NCBI GenBank assembly: GCA_013265495.1
Contig: MU058198.1
Location: forward strand, 186,001 to 250,000
Direction: 5' to 3'
Length of the DNA stretch: 64,000 bases
From: Vicugna vicugna
Lineage: Eukaryota
Shown here: piece by piece, positions 1 through 11,975 of the stretch
Layout of the letters: the number at the start of each line of letters is the position of its first letter
Position numbering within the stretch: the stretch's first letter is position 1
Position numbers and translations under genes: made by a program
The notes under the pieces: generated by a model
What the model was told of the DNA's origin: nothing
The model's database searches: none
What the model saw: only the letters and a program-made list of their open reading frames with translations

Positions 1-145
1 AGGAGACAGATAACTAAATAGGCAATCACAATTCAAGTTTATAAGTGGTCTGAAGGAGGCTTAAGAGGAGTGTTGGAGTGCAGAGGAAGGTACAGAATAG
101 GGAGGGTGGAGGTAAGGGTAAGGCAGAACACTTAACACTACACTG

Positions 146-1437
146 ATTCTGAAAAGGAATTCCATGTGCAGAAGAATGAAGTTGGATCCTTATTTAATAT
201 CATGTCAAAATTAACACAAAATGGATGAAAGATTTAAACGTAAGAGCTAAAATTATAACTCTTAGAAGGAAACATAGGACAAAAGCTTCATGATATTGAA
301 TTTGGCAACAGTTTCTTGGCTATGACACCAACAATGCACAGGCACCAAAAGAAAACACAGACATATTGGACTTCATGAAAATTTAAATTTTTTGTGTGTC
401 GAAAGGCACTAGCAACAGAGTGAAAAGGTAACTCACAGAATGGGAGAAGATATTTGCAAACCATATACCTAATAAGGGATTAACATCCAGAATATATAGA
501 GAACTCCTAAAACTCAACAGCAAAACCACCAAATCAAAAATGGACAAAGGACTTGAATAGACATTTCTCCAAAGAAGATATACAAACGGCCAATGAGGAC
601 ATAAAAAGATGCTCAGCATCACTAATCATTAGGAAAATGCAAATTGAACCTCAATAAGATGCCCCCTCTTTACAGTGGCTATTATCAAAAAGCTAACGAA
701 CAAACGAAAACAGAAAATAACAAGTGACGGTGGGGATGTAGAGAAATTGTTACACTTATGCATTGATGGTGGAAATGTAAAATGGTGCAGCCACTATGCA
801 GAACAGTATGGTGGTTCCTCAAAAAAATTAAATATAGAATTACCGTATGAGCCAGAAATTCCACTTCTGAAATTCTGAATTTCAGTTCTTTCATAGAATT
901 GAAAGCAAGGTCTCTAAGAGATATCTGTACACCTATGTTCATAGAAGTATTATTCACAATTGCTAAAATGTGGATGCAGCCCAAGGGTCTATCCATGGAT
1001 GAAAGGAAAAATACAATGTGGCGTATGCATACAGTGGAACATTATTCAGCCTTGAAAAGGAAGGAGATTCTGACACTTATTACAATATGGTTGAACCTTG
1101 AATTCAATATGCTAAATGAAATGTCAGACTCACACACACACACACACACATACACACAAATACTGTATGATTCCACTAATATGAGGTACCTAGAGTCATC
1201 AAAATCATAGAGACAAATATAAATTGGTGGTTGCCAGGGGTTGGGAGGAGGAAAGTGGGAAGTTGTTTATGGGCTGTGGAGTTACGTTTTGCAAGAAGAA
1301 AATGTCTATGGATGGATGGTGGTGATGGTTGCAGAACAATATAAATGCACTTAATACCATTGAACTACACACTTAACATGGTTAAAATGATAAAGTTTAT
1401 GTTATACATATTTTATGAAAATTAAAAATAAAAGACA
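146..1437 (+). mobile_element. Old L1 (L1M-type) 3' fragment: end of ORF2 plus 3' UTR
   Basis: Decayed ORF2 C-terminus (DICTPMFIEVLFTIAKMWMQPK resembles CTPMFIAALFTIAKTWKQPK), typical L1 3' UTR and A-rich end. Confidence 0.85.
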
Positions 1438-2120
1438 ATAACATGTGTTGGTGAGGATACAGAGAAACTGAAACCCAAAACTCCGCTGGTGGGATTGTAG
1501 AATGGTGCAGTTAGTTTAGAAATAGTCTGGCAGTTCTTCAAAAGGTCAAACATAGAGTTACCATGTGATCCAGAAACTTGACTTGTAGATATATGCCCAA
1601 GAGGAATGAAAACATATTCCTCCATAAAACCTCGTACCCAAGTGTTCACTCTAGCATTATTCGTAATAACCAAAATGCGGAAACAATTCCAATGTCCATT
1701 AACTGATGACTGAATACACAGAATGTGACACATCCATACAATGGAATATCACGCATCCATAATAATGAATGAACTACTGATTTATACTCCAACATGGATG
1801 AACCCAGAAAAAATTATGCTAAGGGTCAGACATCAGACACAAAAGGCCACAGAATATGTGATTCCAAGTTTGTGACATGCCTACAATAGGCATATCTATA
1901 GAGACCGAAAATAGATTAGAAGCTGACCGGGGCTAAGGGGAGGGGTGATGGATGGGGAATGACTGCTCATAGGAATGATGTCTGTTTCGGGGGTAATGAA
2001 AACTTCTCGAATTAGTGATGATGGATGCACATTTTTGTGAATATACTAAAAAGTGTACATTTAAACTGGTTGACGTACAGTATGTGAATTATATCTCAAT
2101 TTTTTAAACTGAAAAAAAAA
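1438..2120 (+). mobile_element. Second old L1 3' fragment (L1MB-like)
   Basis: Repeats the ORF2-end/3' UTR pattern (TGTTGGTGAGGAT...GAGAAACTG; TATGTGAATTATATCTCAAT), then an A tract. Confidence 0.8.
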
Positions 2121-2124
2121 ACTT

Positions 2125-2245
2125 GCTTGGAGATCTTGTTAAAATGCAGATTCTGAGTCAGTAGGTCTGGGGCTGCACCTGCGATCCTGCATTTCTAACC
2201 TGCTCCCAGGTCATGCAGATGCTGCTGGTCCTTGGACCATACTAA
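2125..2245. mobile_element. MER5A-like hAT-Charlie MITE
   Basis: CTTGTTAAAATGCAGATTCTGAGTCAGTAGGTCTGGGG...GCTGCTGGTCC consensus-like motifs. Confidence 0.75.
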
Positions 2246-2395
2246 GTGGTGGTAAGTGAAGGCTTTAGCCTGCTTTTGACTTAGCAGTTCAGCATGCACA
2301 AACACAACAGCTCTATCCCTGGAGCTCCTGAAAGGGCAGCTGCCCCAGAACAGGACTTGGAAGTCCAGTGTACTTCAGCCCCCTCCGTCACTCAC

Positions 2396-2540
2396 CATAA
2401 CACACACAGTCACTGTAACTGGACGGTTTCTTGAGATCAGTGTCTCCTGCTATAAGAACAATCACGATGGCTTGGCCTGGGCATTTACTAGCAGCAAGAG
2501 ATCATTACATAGCAGTTGCCTGGTATCAAAACCTCAGTAC
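2396..2540 (-). other. Candidate internal non-coding (5' UTR) exon, 145 nt
   Basis: Minus strand: long pyrimidine tract CTTTCTCTTCATTTTATTTAACTTGTACCTTTTATGTAG| (AG at 2542-2541) and donor ATG|GTGAGT (GT at 2395-2394); sequence is not an obvious repeat. Confidence 0.4.
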
Positions 2541-3024
2541 CTACATAAAAGGTACAAGTTAAATAAAATGAAGAGAAAGTTCACAGGCTGGTTTAAGTTA
2601 CTGCGTCTCGTGACTGAGCAAAGAGTATTTTGATGCTTTCCATAAATCTTCTGGTTATAGTTATTAATTCCATGCCAGAAATCTCAGTTCTTAGAAAATT
2701 AAGTCCATAGACCATGTTGCTGAAGGCTTGTTTTAATTTCTTTTTTGAAGTCTGGAATAATGTTATATTGGAAAAATAGACACAATAGGAATGATTGAAT
2801 TCCAGGTGAAAACCCATTGAAAGAGCCACAGACTAAAATAAAAGGCCAACTAACATGCAGAGAAATTTCTTCCTTTTCCAGAAATGAAACTGTGTGGGAG
2901 AATTAAAAAAAAAAAGCAACTGATATTTATTTAACATCTAGTAGGTACCAGGCATTCTTCATGTGTTACCTTGTTCATATTTGTTAAGAATGCTTTTGGG
3001 TACCAGTAACAGAATACTTGACCA

Positions 3025-3900
3025 GGGTGTATTCATCAGCTATTGCTGGATAACAAACAATCCTGAATCTCAGTGCATATGATAGCAAACATTTTTATTC
3101 TTGCTCATACTTCTGTGGACTGGCTAGATTTGATTGTTCTAGGTTAGGCTTAGCACTGGGCCATGGATTTGGTTCCGTCCTGCTTCCCTCGTCTCTTCTG
3201 AGACGAGCAGGTTTCTTGAGGCCTATTCTTCCATGGAGATGCAGAGGCACAAGAGGACAAGCCCAGCTGCACAAGCATATTTATTTTAAGGTTCTCCTTA
3301 ACATTTCATCAGCCAATATCCCAATAGCCTATTCAAGTCACCTGACCAAGCCCAAAATCAAGCCATGGGGAAGGATACCTTGCCCTTCATGAGGCCAAGA
3401 GTGTAGATGGATAATTCCACTGCAGAGCAGGAAATAATTGGAACCAACCTGCCAATATACCTCTGGAGCTTAACCAAATAGGGATTTATTTTCTCCTCCC
3501 ATAGGAAGTCTAGAAACAGGCAATCTGCGGCTGGTGAAGCTGTTTGATGACAAAGCCATCCCAGGCTGTTTCTCTTTCCTCTTCGATGTCTTCAGCATGT
3601 TGGCTTCTGCCTTCATGCCTAAATTTCCTTGACTGGGACGTGGCTGCTCCATTTCCAGCCCTACACCTGTATTGTCTTGGGGAAAAGGCAGGAAGCAGAA
3701 AGGGGCAGGGCCTGACTCCATAAGGCAAAAGCATTCCCAGAAACCCTCAGCTTATTAGTCATTGGCAGAACTTGTGTCACTCCAGCATCATGGAAATGTG
3801 CATGCTTACAAAAGCCCACTGCCCCAAACAAAACTGGGGTCTTTCTAGGAGGAAGGGGGAGCGGACAGCCTGTAGGCAGCCTGTAGTGTCTGCCATGCTG
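3025..3900. mobile_element. MaLR (MLT1-type) LTR fragments
   Basis: MLT1-like motifs (AGTCACCTGACCAAGCCCAAAATCAAG; TCATTGGCAGAACTTGTGTCAC); subfamily not resolved. Confidence 0.5.
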
Positions 3901-5512
3901 TTGAAATCTCACAAGAATTCTCTGAGATAAGCATTATTCCCATTCCAAGGATGAGGAAATCCTTGTCCAGAAAAGTTAAATTAACTCATCCAAGTTGCCT
4001 CAGCCAGGATACGTAACAGGACTGATATTTGAACATAATACGTTCATTGCACAACAAATCACTCCTTCCCACTGGCCTGGGGCCCAGAACACCTGGGTTC
4101 TTGTCTTTCTCTCTGCCACGAATGCAAACATGTAATTTTGGATGTATCAGCCAGTGAGTGAGTTTCAATTTCTGCATCTTCCCAATGTCCAGGTGGGAGC
4201 AGAATAACTTCATGAGTTCTTTTTCAAGCTTTGATGTTCTGTAACTTTATGTGCTGCTTCTAACATAAATTATGAAGACATACACCTTTCCTTCCTGCAG
4301 TGTTTTCAGTCATTTATTTATACATTTGAAGTTGAAGAGTAAGTTGATCCATCATGGCTTGTTAATTTCATATCTCAGATTTATTAACTTTCAAGAGCGC
4401 TCCTTCCAGCTCTATTCAATTACTTGGCAATCTATTGAAAATTAATACTATGGAAGAATTGGTGTCGCGATCAACACAGACATCATATTTCCCCCAGGGC
4501 ATATGCACATAATGAATTACCTCTCTCTCGTCTTAAAAACAAAACCACAAAACTAAACTTCTTTTTAGCTAAACCAAAAGAAGTTAAAATTTGCCTGTGG
4601 TTCCAATCACTCAAGGACAATGAATGCTTCTAGAATATTTTCTATACATGTACAAAAATACATGCATATAATATGTACAATATATATCTATCTACACGAG
4701 TGGGATAACATTATTTTGGATCTGCTTTGCTTTTAACTTATATTTTATCATAAAGATTTTTCCAAGACAATCAATATACATCATATCATTACTTGCAATG
4801 CCTGCTAACATTCCTTTAATTTATACAGATACACTATAATTTGTTTAACTGTTGCTTCCAGTTTTTTTTTGTTGTTAAAAAGCAATAATTTCTCATAATG
4901 TGATACATATAACTGGAGTAATACAATGTGATTTTGGATAACACATTGATGAATGTACTATGAAACATTTAAATAGTTATGTATTTTTTTGTATACATGT
5001 TATATGTATTTGCTTATATATTATATATTTACTAGAAATAATGTAACTAGCCTTTTGATAGTCATATAAGGTTTAATTTAATAACGAAACTTATTGTTAA
5101 ACTAAATATGCTGGGTCAGTTAGAAAACTAAGAAAACAGTATTATAGCATGTGGATAGAATACAGATCACAAACACAGTGCTTGAATGAGACAAGTTTAG
5201 AAAAACTTCTAAAAACAATGCTGTGAGAAATAGCCCTGGGCACGCATCTCTGTGTACTTGTCTGATGTTTCCCTTAGGATGAATTCTTACAATTGCTCAA
5301 GAGGTAGGCACATTTTTAAGGTTTTAAATTTGTTCTTCTAAACTACTCTGCACAAGGGATGCCCCAGTTTACCCTCTCACATTCCACCCCATTGGAATAT
5401 AAGCTTTATTCTGAAGATAGACACTTTGTTCATTTCCCTAGACCCAGCATTTACAACAGCACCTAGAAAGAAAGGAGGTTCTCAATAAAAAAAAAAAAAT
5501 GCTAGATGGATT

Positions 5513-6094
5513 TGTCAAGAACCTTAAAAGTTCTGAGATCTTGTTCTACTTGCAAGCGAACAAACTGTCCTCTGGCAGCTTCATGGAACAAGGCTCCCAG
5601 GTCAGAGATAAAGGACCTTTACCACTCACTGCAACAGCGGTGACTGTGTACCAGTATTTGTGCAGTTCCCCAAGCCCTAGCTCCCAAAGGGTGCTGCAAA
5701 AGGGACATGGAGGCCGGTGCACAATGGGATGCATTATAGAAAAGGAAGCTTGAGCTTAGGGACTGCGAAACTTTTATGATGGGCAATAAGCCTGCGTAAC
5801 CTTTGCCCAGAAAAAGACGTTTCTTCTTCTTCTCCTCCTCCTCCTCCTTCCCCTTCCCCTTCCCCTCCCTCTTCCTCCTCCTCCTTTCTTCTCTCTCTCT
5901 CTCTCTTTTTTTTGTGACATTATATTCTTATACTGGACAGTAAACTAATTTGCACTTTGCTTCAGAAAGAGATACTGTCTCAATCTTCCAAGGCTGTTCT
6001 CTATACAAACATCTTTAAAAAGACAACTCGGGAAAGTTCTGTTCATAAAACATGCAGATACACGGGAAGACCCATGAAGACTTCTCTATCAACA
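5513..6094 (-). mobile_element. MER76-like LTR (3' LTR of a minus-strand ERV), interrupted by a CT-rich microsatellite at ~5820-5913
   Basis: Minus strand reads TGTTGATAGAG...GATGTTTGTATAGAGAACAGCCTTGGAAGAT...CTTGCAAGTAG...TTCTTGACA, with TG...CA termini and strong similarity to the recalled MER76 consensus; a purine-rich tract precedes it. Confidence 0.7.
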
Positions 6095-7600
6095 TCTACC
6101 TTTTGTTTTTATACTATCTTGGCTTTTGGCAAATTCTCCCATGAGTACGCCACTCCATTGGCCACATCAGTTCATCCGACCAACAGAGGTTCGACCCAAA
6201 TCCATTCACTTTGTCTCACACGGCACTTGATTAAGGCCACTCTCAATAGGACTCCAGCCAACGGTACTGGCCTTGGCAATCCCTGCACTCGTGGTTCTGG
6301 ACTCAACCAGCTGAACAAATCCCATAAACCATCTGGGTCAATCTTAGAAAGCCAGATGGCTTTCTTCCTAAATTGTTATGTGGACCTTTCCTCTTGGCCC
6401 AAAGCATCAGTCCAGATACAGGAAGATGTACTGGCTTTTGCACACGTTCCACTGTGGACCACAAAAAAGAAGCCTACAGCAACTACATCATCTATAACAT
6501 CCCAGGCCAGTGAGTTGAGGCTGAGGCTGAGGTGGTGTCATTGATCACTTTAGCTAAAGTCAGGGACCGGTTGCATACCACCTCTTCCACCTGGATGACT
6601 TCCATCTCGGCAATAACTGCCCACAGGGTGTCGGAAATAGTGAGTCAGATATCATCCTGGGAATATGAGGGTGGCCTCATTTTGGCGAGATCCCTGCAAC
6701 TATGCCAGTCATCCTGGCCTTTTCTTAAACACTTGAAGATCTCTTATGACCGCTCCTATGGTGTAAGCCACGGTGTTTTCAGGAGGGAGACGAGTTAATG
6801 CCTGACTTACACACAAGAAGTATAGTTCCAGAGTTGCTCATGGAGCTCCTGGAAAGAGAAGAGTGTTGTTTTCAACTGCTGGGGCCTCCCATGTGGGACC
6901 TATATCAATCAGAGGGTACAAGGTGGTAATATTGCAAACATGTTCTCTTGGCCAACTGGTAGACCTAAAGGTGCCAGTTCAGTTTGAATAATTAAGGAGC
7001 TGCCTGAGAACAGTCCGTCCAATTTGTCTTGTTCATTCAGGCCACCAACTGGGGCACTTGGCCAAAGAATGACTGAGCAATGGTTATGGGAATGGAGATG
7101 GACAAGAGGTTGACAGGTGCTTTGCGTGGGAGGTACAGGAGCTGGGGCCAACCTCTGCTGTTCCCAATAGACTTCTCTGTGAGGTTAAGGAGAAAGATGG
7201 TCCAATCGTGGTTAGAGCCCCTGAGCAGGGCACAGCAGACCCAGAAGCCAGATTTAAGGCATTTGCAGCAGTTTGAGATCAGGGTATTTTCCTTTATAAG
7301 GAAAGCTCTAGAGGTGGCTCTGAAGGACAAAAGATTGCTAATGTCCTTTCCTTCTCCATAAATCCTGGGGACCAAAGTGTTCCCAGCCCTCTGTCTGCAA
7401 GGCTGTTACGAGGACAAGGACATTTTAATAAAACTTTTAGAGAACCACTGTGGCCCCGCTTTAGGGGGCCTCAGGAGGGGGACTCAGTGAGCGGAGTACT
7501 CCATGAAATGTTCACTTTCCTTACGATCTAGGACCACGTTCATCCAACAAGAGAGTCCAGGTGCTGAAGCAGAATGAAGTTTGATCTCGCAGCCCCTCTT
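6095..7600 (-). pseudogene. Decayed retroviral env (SU + TM) of the MER76-like ERV
   Basis: Minus-strand translation: VIQVEEVVCNRSLTLAKVINDTTSA / frameshift / SLNSLAWDVIDDVVAVGFFFVVHSGTCAKASTSSCIWTDALGQEERST*QFRKKAIWLSKIDPDGLWDLFSWL. This is a heptad repeat, degraded immunosuppressive domain and CX6CC relic. An FWVC (CWVC relic) lies near 7235-7246. Confidence 0.75.
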
Positions 7601-7615
7601 TTGCCAGGTTTCTCT

Positions 7616-8116
7616 TGTAATGATTGATTTTAGGTGTCAACTTGACTGGGTCACTGGGGAGCCCAGACAGTTGGTCAAACATTATTCTGGGTGTGACTGT
7701 GCCCATCTGCATGGGGAGACTGAGTCAGTCAGATCTCCTTCCTCACTGTGGGGAGCCTCATTTAATCCACGGAAGGCCTGAAGCGATTAACGTCTCCGTA
7801 AGAAAGAATCCATTCTCTCGGCCTGACTGTCTTCCGGCTTGGACATCGGTCTCTGGACTTGAACTCACACTGGAACTTATACCATCGGCCCCCCTGGTCC
7901 TCAGGCCTTCGGACTCAGACCGGAACTACACCACCAGGGCTCTCCTAGTCTCCGGCTTCGTGACCGCAGGTCTTGGACTTCTGCAGCCATGATAGTACAA
8001 GCCAATTCCTTCGGCACCCTCTTACATATACATATATGTCAATCATGTACCATATATGTCACATATATACGTGTCATCTGTTGTTTTTGTTTCTCTGGAG
8101 AAGCCTCATTGGTACA
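7616..8116 (+). mobile_element. MLT2 (ERVL) solo LTR nested in the ERV internal region
   Basis: Begins TGTAATGATTGATTTTAGGTGTCAACTTGACTGG and ends TTTCTCTGGAGAAGCCTCATTGGTACA, like MLT2 termini. Confidence 0.8.
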
Positions 8117-8395
8117 TTCCAGGAGGAGCTATCCTAGGTGGCTGTTAGCCTAGAAATGGACAAGATGGCATTCTGAATCTTCAGAATAGATCACCCACCC
8201 CTGACCACTTTCATTTGGATTATTACTCAAGAAGTGGCCCAGAGGAGATGACCCCTTTCTGGGGACATCTGTGTTCAGTGGCCAGACTGCCTTGCTAATG
8301 TGCCTGGACCAGGAGGAGGTAAGAGAAGGAGGGTCAGAAATCTTTCTGAGTTGGTTTTTCAAGACCTAATACTACCAGACGCTTATGGATGGTAG
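8117..8395 (-). pseudogene. Retroviral integrase C-terminal core relic (same ERV as the env relic)
   Basis: Minus strand: YHP*ASG followed by LKNQLRKISDPPSLTSSWSRHISKAVWPLNTDVPRKGSSPL (ORF 8150..8362), matching the YHPQxSG...LK...W...AxxxLN...SP integrase pattern. Confidence 0.6.
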
Positions 8396-8399
8396 GAAG

Positions 8400-8545
8400 G
8401 GTTATGGCGTGGATTGTGCCCCCTCAAAATTCATATGTTGAAGTCTTAGCTCCTAGTATCTCGGAATGTGACAGTATTTGGAGATAGCGCCTTTAAAGAG
8501 GTAATTAAGGTAAAATGAGGTCATTAGAGTGACCTCTAATTTAAT
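8400..8545 (+). mobile_element. MLT1A/B-like LTR 5' fragment
   Basis: GTTATGG...TGTGCCCCCTCAAAATTCATATGTTGAAGTC...TTTGGAGATAG...AGAGGTAATTAAGGTAAAATGAGGTCA. Confidence 0.75.
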
Positions 8546-8584
8546 GTAAATATGGTATATATATGAAGTATAGACACATAATAC

Positions 8585-9290
8585 ATACATGAAATTCACT
8601 GTAAAGTGTACACAGTTCAGTGGCATTAAGCACATTCACAACATTGTGCAACCATCACCTCTAGTTCCAAAACATTGTCATCACCTTAAAGGAGACCCTG
8701 TACCCATTAAGCAGTCCCTCCCCCATTACCCCCTCCAGCCAGCCCCTAGCTACCACTAATCTATCTACCTGCTGTCTCCATGGATTTGCCTATTCTGGAC
8801 ATTTCATATAAATAATATGTGTCACATAATATGTGTCTGACCTTTTTCACTTAACACGATGTTTTCAAGATTTACACAAGATGAAGCAAATGAATGTCTA
8901 TAATAAGACAGAAGCAGACTCACAGATCTAGAGAACAAGCTAGTGGTTCCCAGTGGAGAGAAGAAAGTGGGGAGGGGCGAGATGGGGTCTGGGACAGAGC
9001 GAGACAAACAACTATGTATAAAATAGATAAGCACCAAGGATACATTGTACAGTACAGGGAAATGTAGCCATTATTTTGTAATAACTTTAAAAAGTGTAAT
9101 CTGTAAAAATATTGAATCACTTAAAAAAGAGGTTTACCATGATGTAGCATGTATCAGTACCTGATTTCTTTTTATGGCTGAATAATATTCCATTATATGG
9201 ATAGACTGCATTTTGTTTATCTATTCATTTGTGAATGGTCTTTTGGTGACTGTGAACAGGTAGGTTTTTTTTGGTCCACTCTTTTCCCCC
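8585..9290. mobile_element. Minus-strand L1MB-like 3' end with a plus-strand artiodactyl-type L1 3' end (~8879-9130) inserted
   Basis: L1MB antisense motifs (AAGTGTACACAGTTCAGTGGCATT; ATGGATTTGCCTATTCTGGACATTTC) resume after the younger L1 3' UTR (CAGACTCACAGATCTAGAGAACAAGCTAGTGGTT...). Confidence 0.7.
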
Positions 9291-9844
9291 AATACCTAGA
9301 ATTGAGGAATAAAGGGTGGTCCAGGGGTTAGTCATGTCTATCCTTCCGGGTAGATAATGGACATTACTAAAAGGCTGATAGATTGAGAGCAAAAGGATAA
9401 ATGACCAGAGAGGCAATGACTGTGGAAGTCACTGTGAGGGAGGAAGGAAGGGGCCCAAGGGGAGAAAAACTTTCTATTTTCTACCTTTTGAACTTGAGAA
9501 AGTGCATCTTGATTGCCACAGAGAGACGTTTTTATACGCCCAGTTCTGAGGAAGAAGGTTATCATCAGACAGCAAAGGCAAAATGATGCATTGAGACGTT
9601 GGCAGATTCACAGTAAATCACAACGGGCAGGGAAGGCAGATCCTACCTACCAGGCGAGCTAGAGGGAGAAAGTCATTGAAATCCAATTGCTTCCCCACAA
9701 AGGACTTCATTAAATTGCTGAAATTACCAGAAGCCTATTGCAAAAAAAAAAAAAAAAAATTAGAAAGGGCGAGGGGAGTAATTTCTCTTTAACTGTTGAT
9801 GTAATTTGGAAGAAATTAAATTGCAATTAGGTTCGTGTACTTAC

Positions 9845-10060
9845 GAGGAGACCGAGTGTGAACACCCGGTGGGGACCCCTATCAGCCTTTTGAAAATTGG
9901 ACGGCTTTTTGTTTAGGGTGGTTCCCAAGGGCGCGTCCGGCTCCTGAGCGAGTTTGGCTGCTCCGGCGCGCCCTCTCGTGGCCACATGTGGAAGGTTCGG
10001 CAGTTGCCTTCCGTTCTCCAGTCCAGGCAAGAAAGAGGGACCAATTTCAGCCACGCTGGG
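9845..10060 (-). promoter_or_regulatory. CpG-rich candidate promoter / non-coding first exon (putatively TMC5 5' end)
   Basis: 14 CpGs in 9841-10020 in non-repeat sequence within a CpG-poor background; consensus donor GTAAGT on the minus strand starting at 9844. TMC5 identity is inferred only from recalled SYT17-CLEC19A-TMC5 synteny. Confidence 0.45.
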
Positions 10061-11759
10061 GGTGGATCCACAAATTGTCACACTCAGACTGGAAAGTCTG
10101 TCTCAGCACGTGCCACTTAGCGGTGCAGGAAGGGCTGTCTAGGTCAATGGACTTTAAAAATCGTAATTATAAAGCTAATTATGATTATGGTTATAATCTC
10201 AAATAGTTTTGAAGATCATAATGTGAAAAGTCAGTTTCGCCGACCAGCTTTCTCCCATTCCATGTGGAATCAATTGTGTATTTCAGAAAATTCCAGAATT
10301 TGGCTCTGCATATACACGCATGTCAAGCATGTCCCCATTCCTCCTTCCTCCCATAAACGGGATCACATATTGTTTGGCACTTTGCTTCGTCCTTGAGCCC
10401 ACCTTTTAAGATTAGTGTACGTTGGCGAGATTCCCATGTGAGTACATACAGACTGACTTCATACATTCTAATGGCTGTATCATCTTGCATTTCATGGATG
10501 TACATAATTTATTAAACAGTCCCCCACTGATGAACACACAGATGGTTGCTGCTGCTGCTTCTCTAAAGAGAAAGAGTGGGATCAAATATCCTTGTATCTT
10601 TGCATCTCTGTGCACATATTCCTGGCAGTGGGCACATTACTGTGGAAATGATAAAGATGAAATGATGTTGGGAATGGTGTTAGCGCCTCTCCCTTCCCTT
10701 TTTTTCCTTTCACAAGCATTTACTGAGCACCTCTTGGTTGTTGGGCTGGAAGTTGAGGATACAGAGATCCACAAACTGTTCCTCTCACCCTAAGGTGCCC
10801 ACGGTGTATTTGGGCACATGGACCTGCCAGTAAATAAGCACCTGTAATGTAATACGGTCTATGGTCTATGTAAGAGGTCGGAGCACAGTGTACTGCGGGC
10901 CCCAGAGAAAGCTGTGATCAAGCCTGGGAGAAGTCAGGAAGGCATCCTAGAGGAGGTGACAAGACTTAGATGTCAGAAAAACTCTCTAGGATGGGGCGCC
11001 GGGGGAGTGGGGTGGAGGGGAAGAGAGAAGGGGAAAAAATTCTTTGCGCATGTGCAGAGATGAGAGGCGCCTGCAGTCTTAACAACAAATGTGGCTGAGA
11101 GATGGGAGAAGCTAGTCAGGAAAGGGGTGGGGCCAGGTAACCAGGGGCTTTACCAGTCATTCCAGGGAGCCTAGGTCTCATCCTGTAGACGAGGCTTCTC
11201 AGAGTGGGCTCTGGAGACCACGAATTTCAGAATCCTGTATGGGAGAAGGATGTCTTTATTTAAAAATGGGATGTTCCCAAGACTCGCCTAGATTTGCTGA
11301 AGCATCTGGAGACAGATCTTTGGAATCTGTGGTTTTTCGATCAATTCCCTAGGCCTTTTTTAGATTTACTAAAGCCTGAGAACCTTGCTGTTGGCGAACA
11401 TGGATGCACAGTTGTTCGTTAGCAGGTGTCAACGTTTATTAAGTTACTAGCAATCAGCAGCCAAAAAAGCTGTTTCGAAGAGTATTTGAGGGACAAAAGT
11501 TACTTATCAGTTGGGGGAAAAGACGCAAGAAATAAAATTGCTAAGTTAAACACATGACTGGCTAGTTTTCTAAAAGGCAAAACCCAAAAAATCAGATTTA
11601 CCTTTGCTACTGGGTGACAATATCATAGCTTATCACACTCTTACGAATTGCGTTTGATCAATTTTGGGTTGTTCATCAAAATCCTGTGACAAAAAAGCTG
11701 TATTCCCCAAAAGTGTCAGGTGAGTGTCGAGAAGGCTTATTATAATAAGTGCTCTAAAT

Positions 11760-11975
11760 TCAAGAATCATCAAATCTTTTCCATAAAGGGTCATACTGTA
11801 AATAATTTAAATTTCTGGGTCAAACATCTGTCTGATTCCCCAACTCTGTCCTTTTGCAGGAATGCTGTCATGGACAATATGTAGATGAACGGATTGTGTC
11901 CCAGTAAAACTTTATTTAAAAAAAAAGGCAACAGGCCAGATTTGGCCCGTGGCCATCATTCGGTCATCTCTGCTA
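11760..11975. mobile_element. MER58A-like hAT MITE
   Basis: TAAAGGGTCATACTGTAAATA...CCAGTAAAACTTTATTT...GGCCAGATTTGGCCC. Confidence 0.65.

Noticed and set aside
675..1733. ORFs resembling the L1 ORF2 C-terminus
   Set aside because: Fragmented, stop-riddled remnants of truncated L1 copies.
5957..6798. 195-aa and 88-aa plus-strand ORFs
   Set aside because: They are antisense shadows of the decayed env on the minus strand and overlap the LTR.
6095..7600. Possible intact syncytin-like captured env gene
   Set aside because: Frameshift before the ISD, in-frame TAA after the Cys motif, degraded CXXC/CX6CC and no intact transmembrane segment.
1..9800. TMC5 coding sequence
   Set aside because: I could not find the PDY-repeat-rich N-terminus or transmembrane exons I recall for TMC5; any coding exons would lie left of the window.
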